A stretch of 64,000 bases of DNA, taken from positions 43,571-107,570 of the forward strand of contig CACKMK010000002.1 of assembly GCA_902601345.1 (NCBI GenBank), read 5' to 3'. The stretch comes from an uncultured Candidatus Poseidoniales archaeon. Its GTDB lineage: Archaea; Thermoplasmatota; Poseidoniia; Poseidoniales; Thalassarchaeaceae. Shown here in pieces: positions 1 through 7,855 of this stretch (the stretch's first letter is position 1; each line of letters opens with the position of its first letter). A program made the position numbers and the translations under genes. The notes below the pieces were generated by a model. The model ran no database searches and was not told where the DNA came from. It saw nothing but the letters and a program-made list of their open reading frames with translations.

Positions 1-1
1 T

Positions 2-649
2 CGCAGCCGCTTCCCATGGTGTTGAGCCATCGTATGATTTTCCAATTGCGCCGACCTTTCCATTGGAAAATGGTGCCTTGCCGAGGTACTCGACAGCTGC
101 GTGGATGCCTAACTGTTCATCGAGACCCATGAGGTCCATGCAATGATTAGATTCCCCGGTTCCGAAAACGCTAACCTGTGCTACTCCGAAACCATGAGGT
201 ACAAAATTCTCAATTAGGAACCTCCCGAGTCTGTCTGCAGGAGTTAATGCGTCTACGTCGCCATCATCATAATATGGGCCTATTTCGGCAATGATCGGTA
301 CCTTACAATCTTCTTGGATCTCTGAAGAGTCCATATCACATCCTTCTATGATTGGAAGCCAGAGGCCTAGGTGGACTTCGGCCCCTCCTAATGCTCCAGC
401 ACCGCCGTCTGAAACAGTAATTTCAGGAACTGGGACAAAAATCGATCTCACGGTATCGATGGGATATGACCCATTAGAAGATACTCTACTGAATACATCA
501 TCGTCTCTGTAAATCAGGTTCGAACGATCTTCCACTCTGGGTAGCCAGTGTTCTTCTTCGACCTCCATAGATTCGGTAGAACCGTCTCCCATGCATCCCG
601 AAAATACTGGTGCCAACAAGAGTAGGATCGCTAGATAGGTTCGATGCAT
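2..649 (-). CDS. CocE/NonD-type alpha/beta hydrolase (peptidase S15, Xaa-Pro dipeptidyl-peptidase-like), N-terminal part; the gene runs off the window start
   Basis: Not in the ORF track because there is no stop inside the window. My reverse-strand translation from ATG 649-647 is open down to position 2. It reads MHRTYLAILLLLAPVFSGC (signal peptide plus lipobox-like Cys), VSVFGTGESNHCMD, then GAIGKSYDGSTPWEAAA (GxSYxG nucleophile elbow typical of S15/CocE). Confidence 0.6.
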   Translation of the reverse strand, partial: MHRTYLAILLLLAPVFSGCMGDGSTESMEVEEEHWLPRVEDRSNLIYRDDDVFSRVSSNGSYPIDTVRSIFVPVPEITVSDGGAGALGGAEVHLGLWLPIIEGCDMDSSEIQEDCKVPIIAEIGPYYDDGDVDALTPADRLGRFLIENFVPHGFGVAQVSVFGTGESNHCMDLMGLDEQLGIHAAVEYLGKAPFSNGKVGAIGKSYDGSTPWEAAA

Positions 650-724
650 TCGATATCGGTCCACTAATTGCACGGTTGGGCGAGTCTGCATGAATATTAG
701 GGATTAATGTCAGGGTGTTTCAGG

Positions 725-1183
725 CTATTCCTTCATCAACATCCTGAGTTCCTCGACTGAGCGTTGTTCGTCGAAGTAGACCACTTCTAGGGAGTCATAG
801 AGCTCCGAGTCTCCGAGTTCCTCCACCAACGGCAAAATCCTGCCATAAATTTCCGCCGCTGCCTTTTCTGTTTGGTACGCCTCTTCGAGTATTTCCTTGT
901 AATTTGAAGTATGAACTATCGGAGATGGGTCCCTCTCAGTTATTGCAGTTCCATCCAGTTTTACGATAGCGGAGCGAACTGTGGAAGCGTGCATCACAGA
1001 TTCGTTGACCTCATTGCTGAAGTGGGTTGATAGATGAAGCCGATGGATCCCTGACACGTATGCAGAATAGTGAGCATACATTGCTATTGCTCTCAGTTCC
1101 CAAGATAAAGCTTGATTTAGCGCTTCGACTAGTTGACTCTTTGGCATATTTCTGTGGTATGTGTTTGTGGCGAGTGCTATCAA
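725..1183 (-). CDS. ferritin-like four-helix-bundle protein (bacterioferritin/Dps superfamily)
   Basis: 152-aa ORF with ferritin-like helix motifs ELRAIAMYAHYS, NESVMHA, EEAYQTEKAAAEIY and YFDEQRSVEEL. Confidence 0.6.
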   Translation of the reverse strand: MIALATNTYHRNMPKSQLVEALNQALSWELRAIAMYAHYSAYVSGIHRLHLSTHFSNEVNESVMHASTVRSAIVKLDGTAITERDPSPIVHTSNYKEILEEAYQTEKAAAEIYGRILPLVEELGDSELYDSLEVVYFDEQRSVEELRMLMKE

Positions 1184-1248
1184 TACTCGTTTTTGAATAG
1201 AGTTTTTTCGGCCGCAACATATGTGTCTGTGTCCTGACTCGAGTAGAC

Positions 1249-2751
1249 GTGAGTGCGTACGAAGAATTACTGACGAGACTGAAAGATATCGACTTAATTA
1301 GACAAATAGGGAGCCTATTGAGTTGGGATCAGGAGGTGTTGATGCCTCCGAAGGCGGCTCCTCTGAGGGCAGAGCAACTTGCTTGGATTTCGAAGACTGC
1401 ACATGAGAGGCTAACTGATGACAGAGTAGGAGAAATATTGGATGAAATTGAGTCCAATGATGATATGGATGTAATTAAATCGGCGAATATCAGGCTTGCA
1501 AGGGAGGCTTTTGACAGGGCAACGAAGTTGCCTACAGAGTTCGTTGAAGAGATGGCGAAGCATCGTTCCAAGGCTCTGATTTCTTGGACTGAGGCGAGGG
1601 AGAAGGACGATTTCTCAATTTTCCGTGATGACCTCGAAATAGCGATTAGACATGCGAGGATGAAGGCCGATTTCTTCGGATATGATGGTCTGAGATACGA
1701 TGCGCTGCTCGATCTTTACGAAAGCGGTCTAACCGTGGAAAGACTCGACCCACTGTTTTCGGGTCTTAGGGAAAATGTGACACCCCTGATCAAGGAAGTA
1801 GTGGAAAGGGACGAAGGGCCGGATTTCTCATGGGTTACAGAAAGCACATGGAGTCAGAAAGCACAGGAAGAGCTGAGCCAAAGTGTTTCTGAGGCAATAG
1901 GTTTCGACTTCGGGGCAGGAAGGAGGGATCTGTCCACTCACCCATTCTGTGGGGGGCCTAATCCCGATGATGTAAGGTGGACAACTCGCTATAGTGAAGA
2001 GGAGCCGTTCGGATCCCTGTTTGGTTCAATGCATGAAACAGGTCACGGTACGTACGAACAAGGTAGACCTAGGGATTTGGACTTCCAACCGGCAGGAAAG
2101 GCAAACGGTCTTGGGATTCACGAGAGTCAAAGTCGCCTCTGGGAGAATCAGGTAGGGAGATCCCGGGAATTTTGTGAATGGTCCATCCCGTTGTGGAGGA
2201 AGTTCTTCCCAGAAAATATGGACGGAGTCAGCGCCGAGCAACTATGGCAGGCAGTTAATTTGGTGAAGCCTGGTTTAATCAGGGTTGATGCTGATGAGGC
2301 CACATACAATCTACACATCATGATCAGGTACGAGATCGAAAAGCAACTTATTGCTGGCGAAATAGATGTAGATGATCTTCCTGATGCTTGGGACGAAATG
2401 TACCATGAATACTTGGGAATTAGAGCTCCTTCCCGTACACTGGGAGTTCTTCAGGATATTCACTGGTCAATGGGTGCAATCGGCTACTTCCCAACGTACA
2501 CTCTCGGGAATCTTTACGCTGCTCAACTGCTCGAGTCAGCCAGAAAAGATCTCCCAGAACACGATACTCAGATTAGGGAGGGGGACTTCTCACCACTACT
2601 CAATTGGATGAGGGACAATGTCCACTCGAGGGGAAGCGTGCTGGAGCCAGCGGAGCTAATCAAGGAAGCAACTGGTCAGGACCCTTCCCCTGATGCTTTC
2701 ATAAGATATCTTAGCTCAAAGGTTGAGAGGCTTTACGGAGTTAGTGCTTAG
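1249..2751 (+). CDS. carboxypeptidase Taq-type metallopeptidase (M32 family)
   Basis: 500-aa ORF with HExxH (MHETGHGTY), HESQSRLWEN and IRVDADEATYNLHI, the hallmark M32 motifs. GTG start. Confidence 0.9.
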   Translation: MSAYEELLTRLKDIDLIRQIGSLLSWDQEVLMPPKAAPLRAEQLAWISKTAHERLTDDRVGEILDEIESNDDMDVIKSANIRLAREAFDRATKLPTEFVEEMAKHRSKALISWTEAREKDDFSIFRDDLEIAIRHARMKADFFGYDGLRYDALLDLYESGLTVERLDPLFSGLRENVTPLIKEVVERDEGPDFSWVTESTWSQKAQEELSQSVSEAIGFDFGAGRRDLSTHPFCGGPNPDDVRWTTRYSEEEPFGSLFGSMHETGHGTYEQGRPRDLDFQPAGKANGLGIHESQSRLWENQVGRSREFCEWSIPLWRKFFPENMDGVSAEQLWQAVNLVKPGLIRVDADEATYNLHIMIRYEIEKQLIAGEIDVDDLPDAWDEMYHEYLGIRAPSRTLGVLQDIHWSMGAIGYFPTYTLGNLYAAQLLESARKDLPEHDTQIREGDFSPLLNWMRDNVHSRGSVLEPAELIKEATGQDPSPDAFIRYLSSKVERLYGVSA

Positions 2752-2767
2752 AAGTGGTGAGGTGCAC

Positions 2768-3853
2768 ATGACAGTATTCAGTCTGACTGACTACTCCTCC
2801 CTGGTCAGGGAGATTGGAGGGGAGTGTGCCTTCGTTAGAGTCTCAGGGAAATTACTGGTGTCGGGCTCCAAATCAGGAGAGGTTGCCTGCTGGGATTTGG
2901 ACAACGGTAAAGAGATGTGGAGATCAAAGTTCGAGGGTCCTTGTTCTAATGCGGATTCGAATAAAGATTTCCTGTTCTTCACAGAGTCAGATAGAGTTCA
3001 TTCAATTGTGTTGTCCTCTGGAGATGAGGCTTGGTGCGTGGAACTGGAGGGTTCTAGCGATCTTGTTAGAGTTTCTTCAGAGTGCGTTTGGGTGACTTCG
3101 TCTGTTTACAACTTCGAGATTCAGGACTATTCAGAGGGTTCGGTATGGAAAATTGACTATTCAGGAAAAGTTAGGTGGAAGGGTGACACGATAGGAAGAG
3201 CCTGGTCTCTATCTGATTTTCAAGGACAAGCAATCATGGGACTAAGTAGGCCTAAGTGTGGATATGCCATTGCATCCGAAACAGGAATTGAATATCTTGA
3301 GTTGGAAGAAAATAAGCCGATAACTGCTGGATGTAAATTAGATGGAGGAGGGATAGTTTTCGGGCATAGCAATGGATCGGTAACTGAGATATATGGAGAA
3401 GTCTGCTCTACCGTCAGCGTAGGAGACTCTGCGATCCGCGCGGTGGATTGCGGGACTAGTTGGGTTGCAGGGCTCGATTCTGGAGTCGTTTCAACCGGCG
3501 AATCCCTAGGATCATGGAAAATAGAGTCTTTTGGCTCCATTGATGTAGTTTCATTCGGTCCTTCGTTGGACGATGTCGCAGGCATATGGTACTCATCTTG
3601 GGACGGTAAAGGAGGAGTTTTCCTAGTAGACTCTTCATTTGGGAGTCTGCAGCTCGAGCTCTCTCACGAATCTAGGATAGTAACCTGTTTCGCTACTGAG
3701 CATACGATTTGCTTTGGAGATATTAGCGGATGCATACATGTAATCGAGAAGGAGGTTCTCCGGCGTCGTTTCGGAAGGCTCCCAGAAGGAGATATCGAAT
3801 CTGGAAGAGAATCGGAGCTTAGAAAGAAAATACGTGCACTGCGAGGTGCCTAA
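2768..3853 (+). CDS. hypothetical beta-propeller (PQQ/WD40-like repeat) protein
   Basis: Repeated motifs such as SGEVACWDLDNGKEMWR suggest propeller blades. The start is moved to ATG 2768 (preceded by GGTGAGGTG) to avoid overlap with the M32 gene. The ORF track starts it at 2723. Confidence 0.5.
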   Translation: MTVFSLTDYSSLVREIGGECAFVRVSGKLLVSGSKSGEVACWDLDNGKEMWRSKFEGPCSNADSNKDFLFFTESDRVHSIVLSSGDEAWCVELEGSSDLVRVSSECVWVTSSVYNFEIQDYSEGSVWKIDYSGKVRWKGDTIGRAWSLSDFQGQAIMGLSRPKCGYAIASETGIEYLELEENKPITAGCKLDGGGIVFGHSNGSVTEIYGEVCSTVSVGDSAIRAVDCGTSWVAGLDSGVVSTGESLGSWKIESFGSIDVVSFGPSLDDVAGIWYSSWDGKGGVFLVDSSFGSLQLELSHESRIVTCFATEHTICFGDISGCIHVIEKEVLRRRFGRLPEGDIESGRESELRKKIRALRGA

Positions 3854-3918
3854 TTTACAGTGGAAAAACACCCCAAAAACCCCCTATTTCCAGTGAACTG
3901 CTCCATTATTGACGAAAT

Positions 3919-3926
3919 GTTTATGT
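3919..3926 (+). promoter_or_regulatory. TATA-like box (GTTTATGT) with upstream purine-rich CGAAA, candidate promoter of the ncRNA
   Basis: It is the only A/T-rich element in front of the GC-rich structured block, about 25-30 nt upstream of the proposed 5' end at 3951. This matches archaeal BRE/TATA spacing from general knowledge. Confidence 0.3.
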
Positions 3927-3950
3927 GCCACCCATAACCCTGTGTTTCTT

Positions 3951-4523
3951 GCCGCTCCGGGGGAGTGGTGTGAGGGCGCTTCGGCGCGACTCGCGGGCCA
4001 CAAAAACCGAGCCCCGAAACCGGGGCGGTAAAACCGAAATCCGAAAGGAAATCGGGGAATGGCTGGAGCGTCTGTGGACGCAAAGGCCGCGGCGAATAAA
4101 TCGGACGAACTGGAGGTAACGAAAGGGAGAGCGAGATAGGAGCTGAAGAGATACACATGCGTAGGGTGAAGAGAATGAACCTGGGTCATGTAGGTGGGGA
4201 ACGAGGCAGAGATAACCGGACGCAAGGAAGGGGAAGGAAACCAAGGGAAACACCGGGCAACAAGGGCGGGGAGACCCGTGGAGAAGCCAGTATCGAGACG
4301 TGAAAGGAAAAGCGGAGACGAAGTACCAGAAGCGGATGCGGCGAGTGAAAGGGAGATCTATTACGAGTCGGAAAATGACAAAGGAAGAGCATGAAGTTCC
4401 GGAGTCGTCTACCCGGGGGAACCCGGGCCTTCGGGCCCGGGGGACACCCGGACCCTGCGGAGTTAACAGGGGGGGAAGCTCCCCCATGTGCTGAACCCCC
4501 TGTTGCTCCCACCTAATATCGGC
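3951..4523 (+). ncRNA. candidate large structured non-coding RNA, class unknown
   Basis: It lies in the 705-bp gap between convergent genes, which has only stacked low-complexity ORFs on both strands. Perfect hairpins are capped by UUCG (3976-3987, 4422-4441) and GAAA (4040-4049 inside 4034-4055). There is a 9-bp helix at 4465-4473/4496-4504. The 5' and 3' ends can pair (3951-3954 with 4520-4523, 3961-3965 with 4506-4510). The core is purine-rich on the + strand. Ends are approximate. Confidence 0.6.
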
Positions 4524-4558
4524 CCAGAAATTTCCTGAAGACTAGTGGAAACTACTGC

Positions 4559-6160
4559 TTATTCCATTGGACCAGTCATATCACCAGGTCTGACCCATTC
4601 TTCGAACTGCTGCTCATTCACCAGGTCCAGTTGGATAGCACTTTGCCTTAGAGTAAGTCCCTTCTCATGGGCATTCTTAGCGATTTTAGCTGCATTGTCG
4701 TATCCGATGTGTGGATTCAGAGCGGTAACTAGCATCAATGAGTTCTCGAGGTGCTCGGCAATCTTTGCTTCGTTTGCGCTGAGCCCGAGTATGCAATTTT
4801 CAGAGAAAGATACACAGCTATCTGAAAGCAGCCTTGTGCTATGCAGGAGATTATGGATCATCAACGGCTTGAAAACGTTCAGTTCGAAGTTCCCCTGACT
4901 TCCACCGATGGAGATAGCGACGTGGTTCCCCATTACTTGGCAACAGACCATAGTCATGGCCTCAGACTGTGTTGGATTGACCTTGCCAGGCATTATACTA
5001 GAGCCTGGTTCATTCGCGGGTAGAGAGAGTTCTCCGAAACCACATCTAGGTCCGGATCCAAGCCATCTCACATCATTGGCTATCTTCATCAATGAGGCTG
5101 AAAGTGTATTCAAAGCGCCAGAAGCTGCTACGATGGCATCGTGAGCTGCTAGTTGTGCAAACTTATTCTCTGCACTGATGAAAGGTAGGCCTGTTTTTTC
5201 TGAAATCTTACCAGCGACTATCTCTGCGAAATCGGGATGAGTATTGAGGCCGGTTCCAACTGCAGTCCCTCCTAGTGCTAGTTCGTACAAATCGTTCAGA
5301 GCCGTTTGAATTCTAATCAAGTCGGCATCCAACATCGACACGTAAGCACCAAACTCCTGTCCAAGTGTTAGCGGAACGGCATCCATGAGGTGGGTTCTGC
5401 CGATTTTGACTATGTCAGAGAACTCTTCCTCCTTCTCCGCTAAAGAATGTCGAAGTTTCAGTACTGATGGAATTAGTCGATGTTGTATTTCCTCAGCTGC
5501 AGCGATGTGCATTGCGGTTGGAAACGTATCATTACTAGACTGCGCGCGGTTTACATGATCATTAGGGTGTACCGGAGATTTACTGCCCAGCTTTCCTCCG
5601 GATATCTCAATTGCCCTATTCGCAACAACCTCGTTTGCATTCATGTTCGTCTGAGTCCCAGAGCCCGTCTGCCAAATCCTGAGGGGGAAATGGGAGTCTA
5701 GAACCCCAGAAATCACCTCTTCACATGTTTCCGTGATCAGTTTTCCAATGTCATCTTCCAGTACTCCGAGCTTGACATTTGTCTCTGCTGCTGCCTGCTT
5801 TAGGATTCCGAATGCACGAATCACAGATCTAGGCATTCTATCTTCTCCTATGTCGAAGTTGATCAGAGACCTTGCTGTCTGTGCCCCATAATATCTATCA
5901 GCAGGAACTTCTATGTCCCCCATTGTATCGGTCTCAACCCTTACTTTGAGATTGGTCTTGTTCGGTTTTCGAGACTTTTTCTCTCCAGAGTTCGGCTTGT
6001 TGATAACGGCTCCAGAAAGGGAGCTTTCAATCATCTTGGAAATAGTGGCAGATCTTCCCTCTCCTCTGCCCTTACCAACCCTAGCGTCCAATCTTCTAGC
6101 AATATCCTCAGGAATACTGACTGAAATTATTCTACGATCACCGACCCGATGTTTCGCCAT
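4559..6160 (-). CDS. fumC: class II fumarate hydratase with an N-terminal ribbon-helix-helix (CopG/NikR-like) extension
   Basis: [13 protein letters not shown] and [16 protein letters not shown] are fumarate-lyase signatures, and the TQSEA variant is FumC-type. The FumC-homologous part starts near aa 71 ([27 protein letters not shown]). Residues 1-50 read as RHH ([40 protein letters not shown]). Confidence 0.9.
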   Translation of the reverse strand: MAKHRVGDRRIISVSIPEDIARRLDARVGKGRGEGRSATISKMIESSLSGAVINKPNSGEKKSRKPNKTNLKVRVETDTMGDIEVPADRYYGAQTARSLINFDIGEDRMPRSVIRAFGILKQAAAETNVKLGVLEDDIGKLITETCEEVISGVLDSHFPLRIWQTGSGTQTNMNANEVVANRAIEISGGKLGSKSPVHPNDHVNRAQSSNDTFPTAMHIAAAEEIQHRLIPSVLKLRHSLAEKEEEFSDIVKIGRTHLMDAVPLTLGQEFGAYVSMLDADLIRIQTALNDLYELALGGTAVGTGLNTHPDFAEIVAGKISEKTGLPFISAENKFAQLAAHDAIVAASGALNTLSASLMKIANDVRWLGSGPRCGFGELSLPANEPGSSIMPGKVNPTQSEAMTMVCCQVMGNHVAISIGGSQGNFELNVFKPLMIHNLLHSTRLLSDSCVSFSENCILGLSANEAKIAEHLENSLMLVTALNPHIGYDNAAKIAKNAHEKGLTLRQSAIQLDLVNEQQFEEWVRPGDMTGPME

Positions 6161-6185
6161 AATAATACTATTAATAACTTATTAA

Positions 6186-6197
6186 TAAATATATTTA
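6186..6197 (-). promoter_or_regulatory. TATA-like element in the AT-rich 51-bp spacer upstream of the long (RHH) start of fumC
   Basis: The minus strand reads TAAATATATTTAT about 30 nt upstream of ATG 6160. The spacer 6161-6211 is almost pure A/T, which would fit a leaderless or short-leader archaeal transcript. Confidence 0.35.
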
Positions 6198-6211
6198 CTA
6201 CAGTCTAATCA

Positions 6212-6679
6212 TCATACTCTCTCTACACTGATTATCTTCTGAGGTGACACCGGTCTATCTCCGGGACGAGTCTCTGTGGACTCAATCTTCCTAACTACTT
6301 CCATCCCCTTAGCAACTTCGCCGAATACAGCATGGTTTCCATCGAGCCAGGGAGTGGGTACAGTAGTAAGAAAGAACTGGGAACCCCCCGTATCTCGTCC
6401 TGCGTTTGCCATAGAGAATATCCCTGGCCTGTCGTGTTTTTTCGATAATGCAGATGTCTCACATGGTATCTTCCAGCCGGGACCTCCGGTACCGGCTCTC
6501 CCATTGTTTGCATCTCTTGAATGTGGACATCCTCCTTGGATCATGAAATCTTTGATTATTCTGTGGAAGTGTAGGCCATCATAGAAGCCGTCGTCTACTA
6601 ATTTAAGGAAGTTGTTTGTTGTCTCTGGGCATTCCTCTGTGTACAATTGAATTTCTATCTCTCCCGCACTTGTTGTCAT
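6212..6679 (-). CDS. peptidyl-prolyl cis-trans isomerase, cyclophilin type
   Basis: FHRIIKDFMIQGG, GTGGPGW and SMANAGRDTGGSQFFLT are cyclophilin motifs. The likely start is MTTSAGEIEIQLY. The ORF track extends to 6721. Confidence 0.9.
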   Translation of the reverse strand: MTTSAGEIEIQLYTEECPETTNNFLKLVDDGFYDGLHFHRIIKDFMIQGGCPHSRDANNGRAGTGGPGWKIPCETSALSKKHDRPGIFSMANAGRDTGGSQFFLTTVPTPWLDGNHAVFGEVAKGMEVVRKIESTETRPGDRPVSPQKIISVERV

Positions 6680-6739
6680 TCTTACGTATGTCATATTGTA
6701 TGAGTAGAAAAACAGGTTCAATATGGTATTGTATTGCAG

Positions 6740-7138
6740 CTATGCAACTGTTGAGCCCGGCATAGTTCCTTCTGGGGCCTCCAACAGTCTGACTGTACCA
6801 TCCGCATCTAAAGCACCCAAGACCAGGAATTGGGAAACGAAGCCCGTGGGTAGTGTCTTCTCTCCTAGATTAATAGCCGCTACTACCATCCTTCCTATCA
6901 ATTGTGAACGGGAGTAGTTTGTAATCTGAGCCGAGCTCCAAAGCCTTCCAACTATGGGTCCAAAATCAACTCTAATCTTGTAAGATGGCTTTCTCATCTC
7001 TGGGAATTCCTGGACATCATCAATTATTCCGGCCCTCATATCCACAGAAAGAAATTCTCCGATTCCGATATACTCCTTTCTCTCAAGTTTGGATGGGTGG
7101 TATGGCAGACTTTCTGAATCAATGTCGTGCTGTCCCAT
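6740..7138 (-). CDS. tRNA-binding domain protein (CsaA/EMAP-like OB fold)
   Basis: VDMRAGIIDDVQEFPEMRKPSYKIRVDFGP followed by GRMVVAAINLGEKTL follows the CsaA/Trbp111 tRNA-binding domain pattern. Confidence 0.7.
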   Translation of the reverse strand: MGQHDIDSESLPYHPSKLERKEYIGIGEFLSVDMRAGIIDDVQEFPEMRKPSYKIRVDFGPIVGRLWSSAQITNYSRSQLIGRMVVAAINLGEKTLPTGFVSQFLVLGALDADGTVRLLEAPEGTMPGSTVA

Positions 7139-7142
7139 CTCT

Positions 7143-7727
7143 TCAACTCGCGATATCGGATTTAACGGTGAGAGGAATTAAGTTTATTCCAGCCTCCTCG
7201 AAGGCTTCCAATCCTCCCTCTTGTCTATCTAGTATAGTGATACAACAGACTACATCACAACCCATCTGATTGAGTGTTCTTGCCGCCTTCAAAGCGGACC
7301 CCCCGGTAGTTGTGACGTCCTCAAGAAGAACTACTCTATTCCCCGGCTGTAAACTAGACCCTTCTATCCCGGGAGGGTTTCCTGTCTTTCTCCCACCCCT
7401 GCCCTTTGGTTCCTTTCTGACAATAAAGCCTCTCAATGAGGATCCCTGTGCTGCCTTAGCGATTGTAATTCCTGTTAATGGTACAGCTCCTAATTCGAGG
7501 CCTCCAACTGCATCTACCTCCCCAATCTTCTTGATTTGATCATGAATTAGGATTCCAAGAAGATGAGCGCATTCCGGGTCCATCATAACTGGTTTCATGT
7601 CAAAGAAGTGCTTACTCTTTCTTCCACTGGCTAATGTGAAGGCCTCTTCCTCCGAGAAAAGATAAGCAAGATCGCGTATTCTGTAAATTAGTATTTCTCG
7701 GGCCTGTTCCACTGATGTTGAGGTCAT
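7143..7727 (-). CDS. pyrE: orotate phosphoribosyltransferase
   Basis: PRPP-binding motif VVLLEDVTTTGGS in a 194-aa type I PRTase with PyrE-like N-terminal layout. Confidence 0.9.
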   Translation of the reverse strand: MTSTSVEQAREILIYRIRDLAYLFSEEEAFTLASGRKSKHFFDMKPVMMDPECAHLLGILIHDQIKKIGEVDAVGGLELGAVPLTGITIAKAAQGSSLRGFIVRKEPKGRGGRKTGNPPGIEGSSLQPGNRVVLLEDVTTTGGSALKAARTLNQMGCDVVCCITILDRQEGGLEAFEEAGINLIPLTVKSDIAS

Positions 7728-7855
7728 TCTACCTGATATGGCCTTGACGTAATGTCATGAAGATTGCCTTCATTGAGGTGAATTTCGAGCAAGATGACGG
7801 TGAATGTTCTTGGACGGCCTCTTCGGAGTGGTTAGTGTTGTCGCGAGGGGAAGGC

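Noticed and set aside
3884-4512. Multiple overlapping ORFs (60-188 aa) on both strands of the 3854-4558 gap, including a 188-aa minus-strand ORF
   Set aside because: They overlap one another in several frames. Their translations are low-complexity (R/G/K/E on plus, S/P/F/R on minus), as expected from a purine-rich GC-rich non-coding sequence. None has a start context or a recognisable motif.
3951-4523. Possibility that the structured RNA is RNase P RNA, SRP (7S) RNA or a group II intron
   Set aside because: I could not find the universal RNase P CR-I block (GAGGAAAGUCC) or the CR-V ACAGAA..GGCUUA. I also could not find the SRP helix-8 GGAAG...AGCA motif, the group II 5' GUGYG or domain V. 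The length is also well above typical archaeal RNase P or SRP RNAs. This rejection is by eye and needs cmscan.
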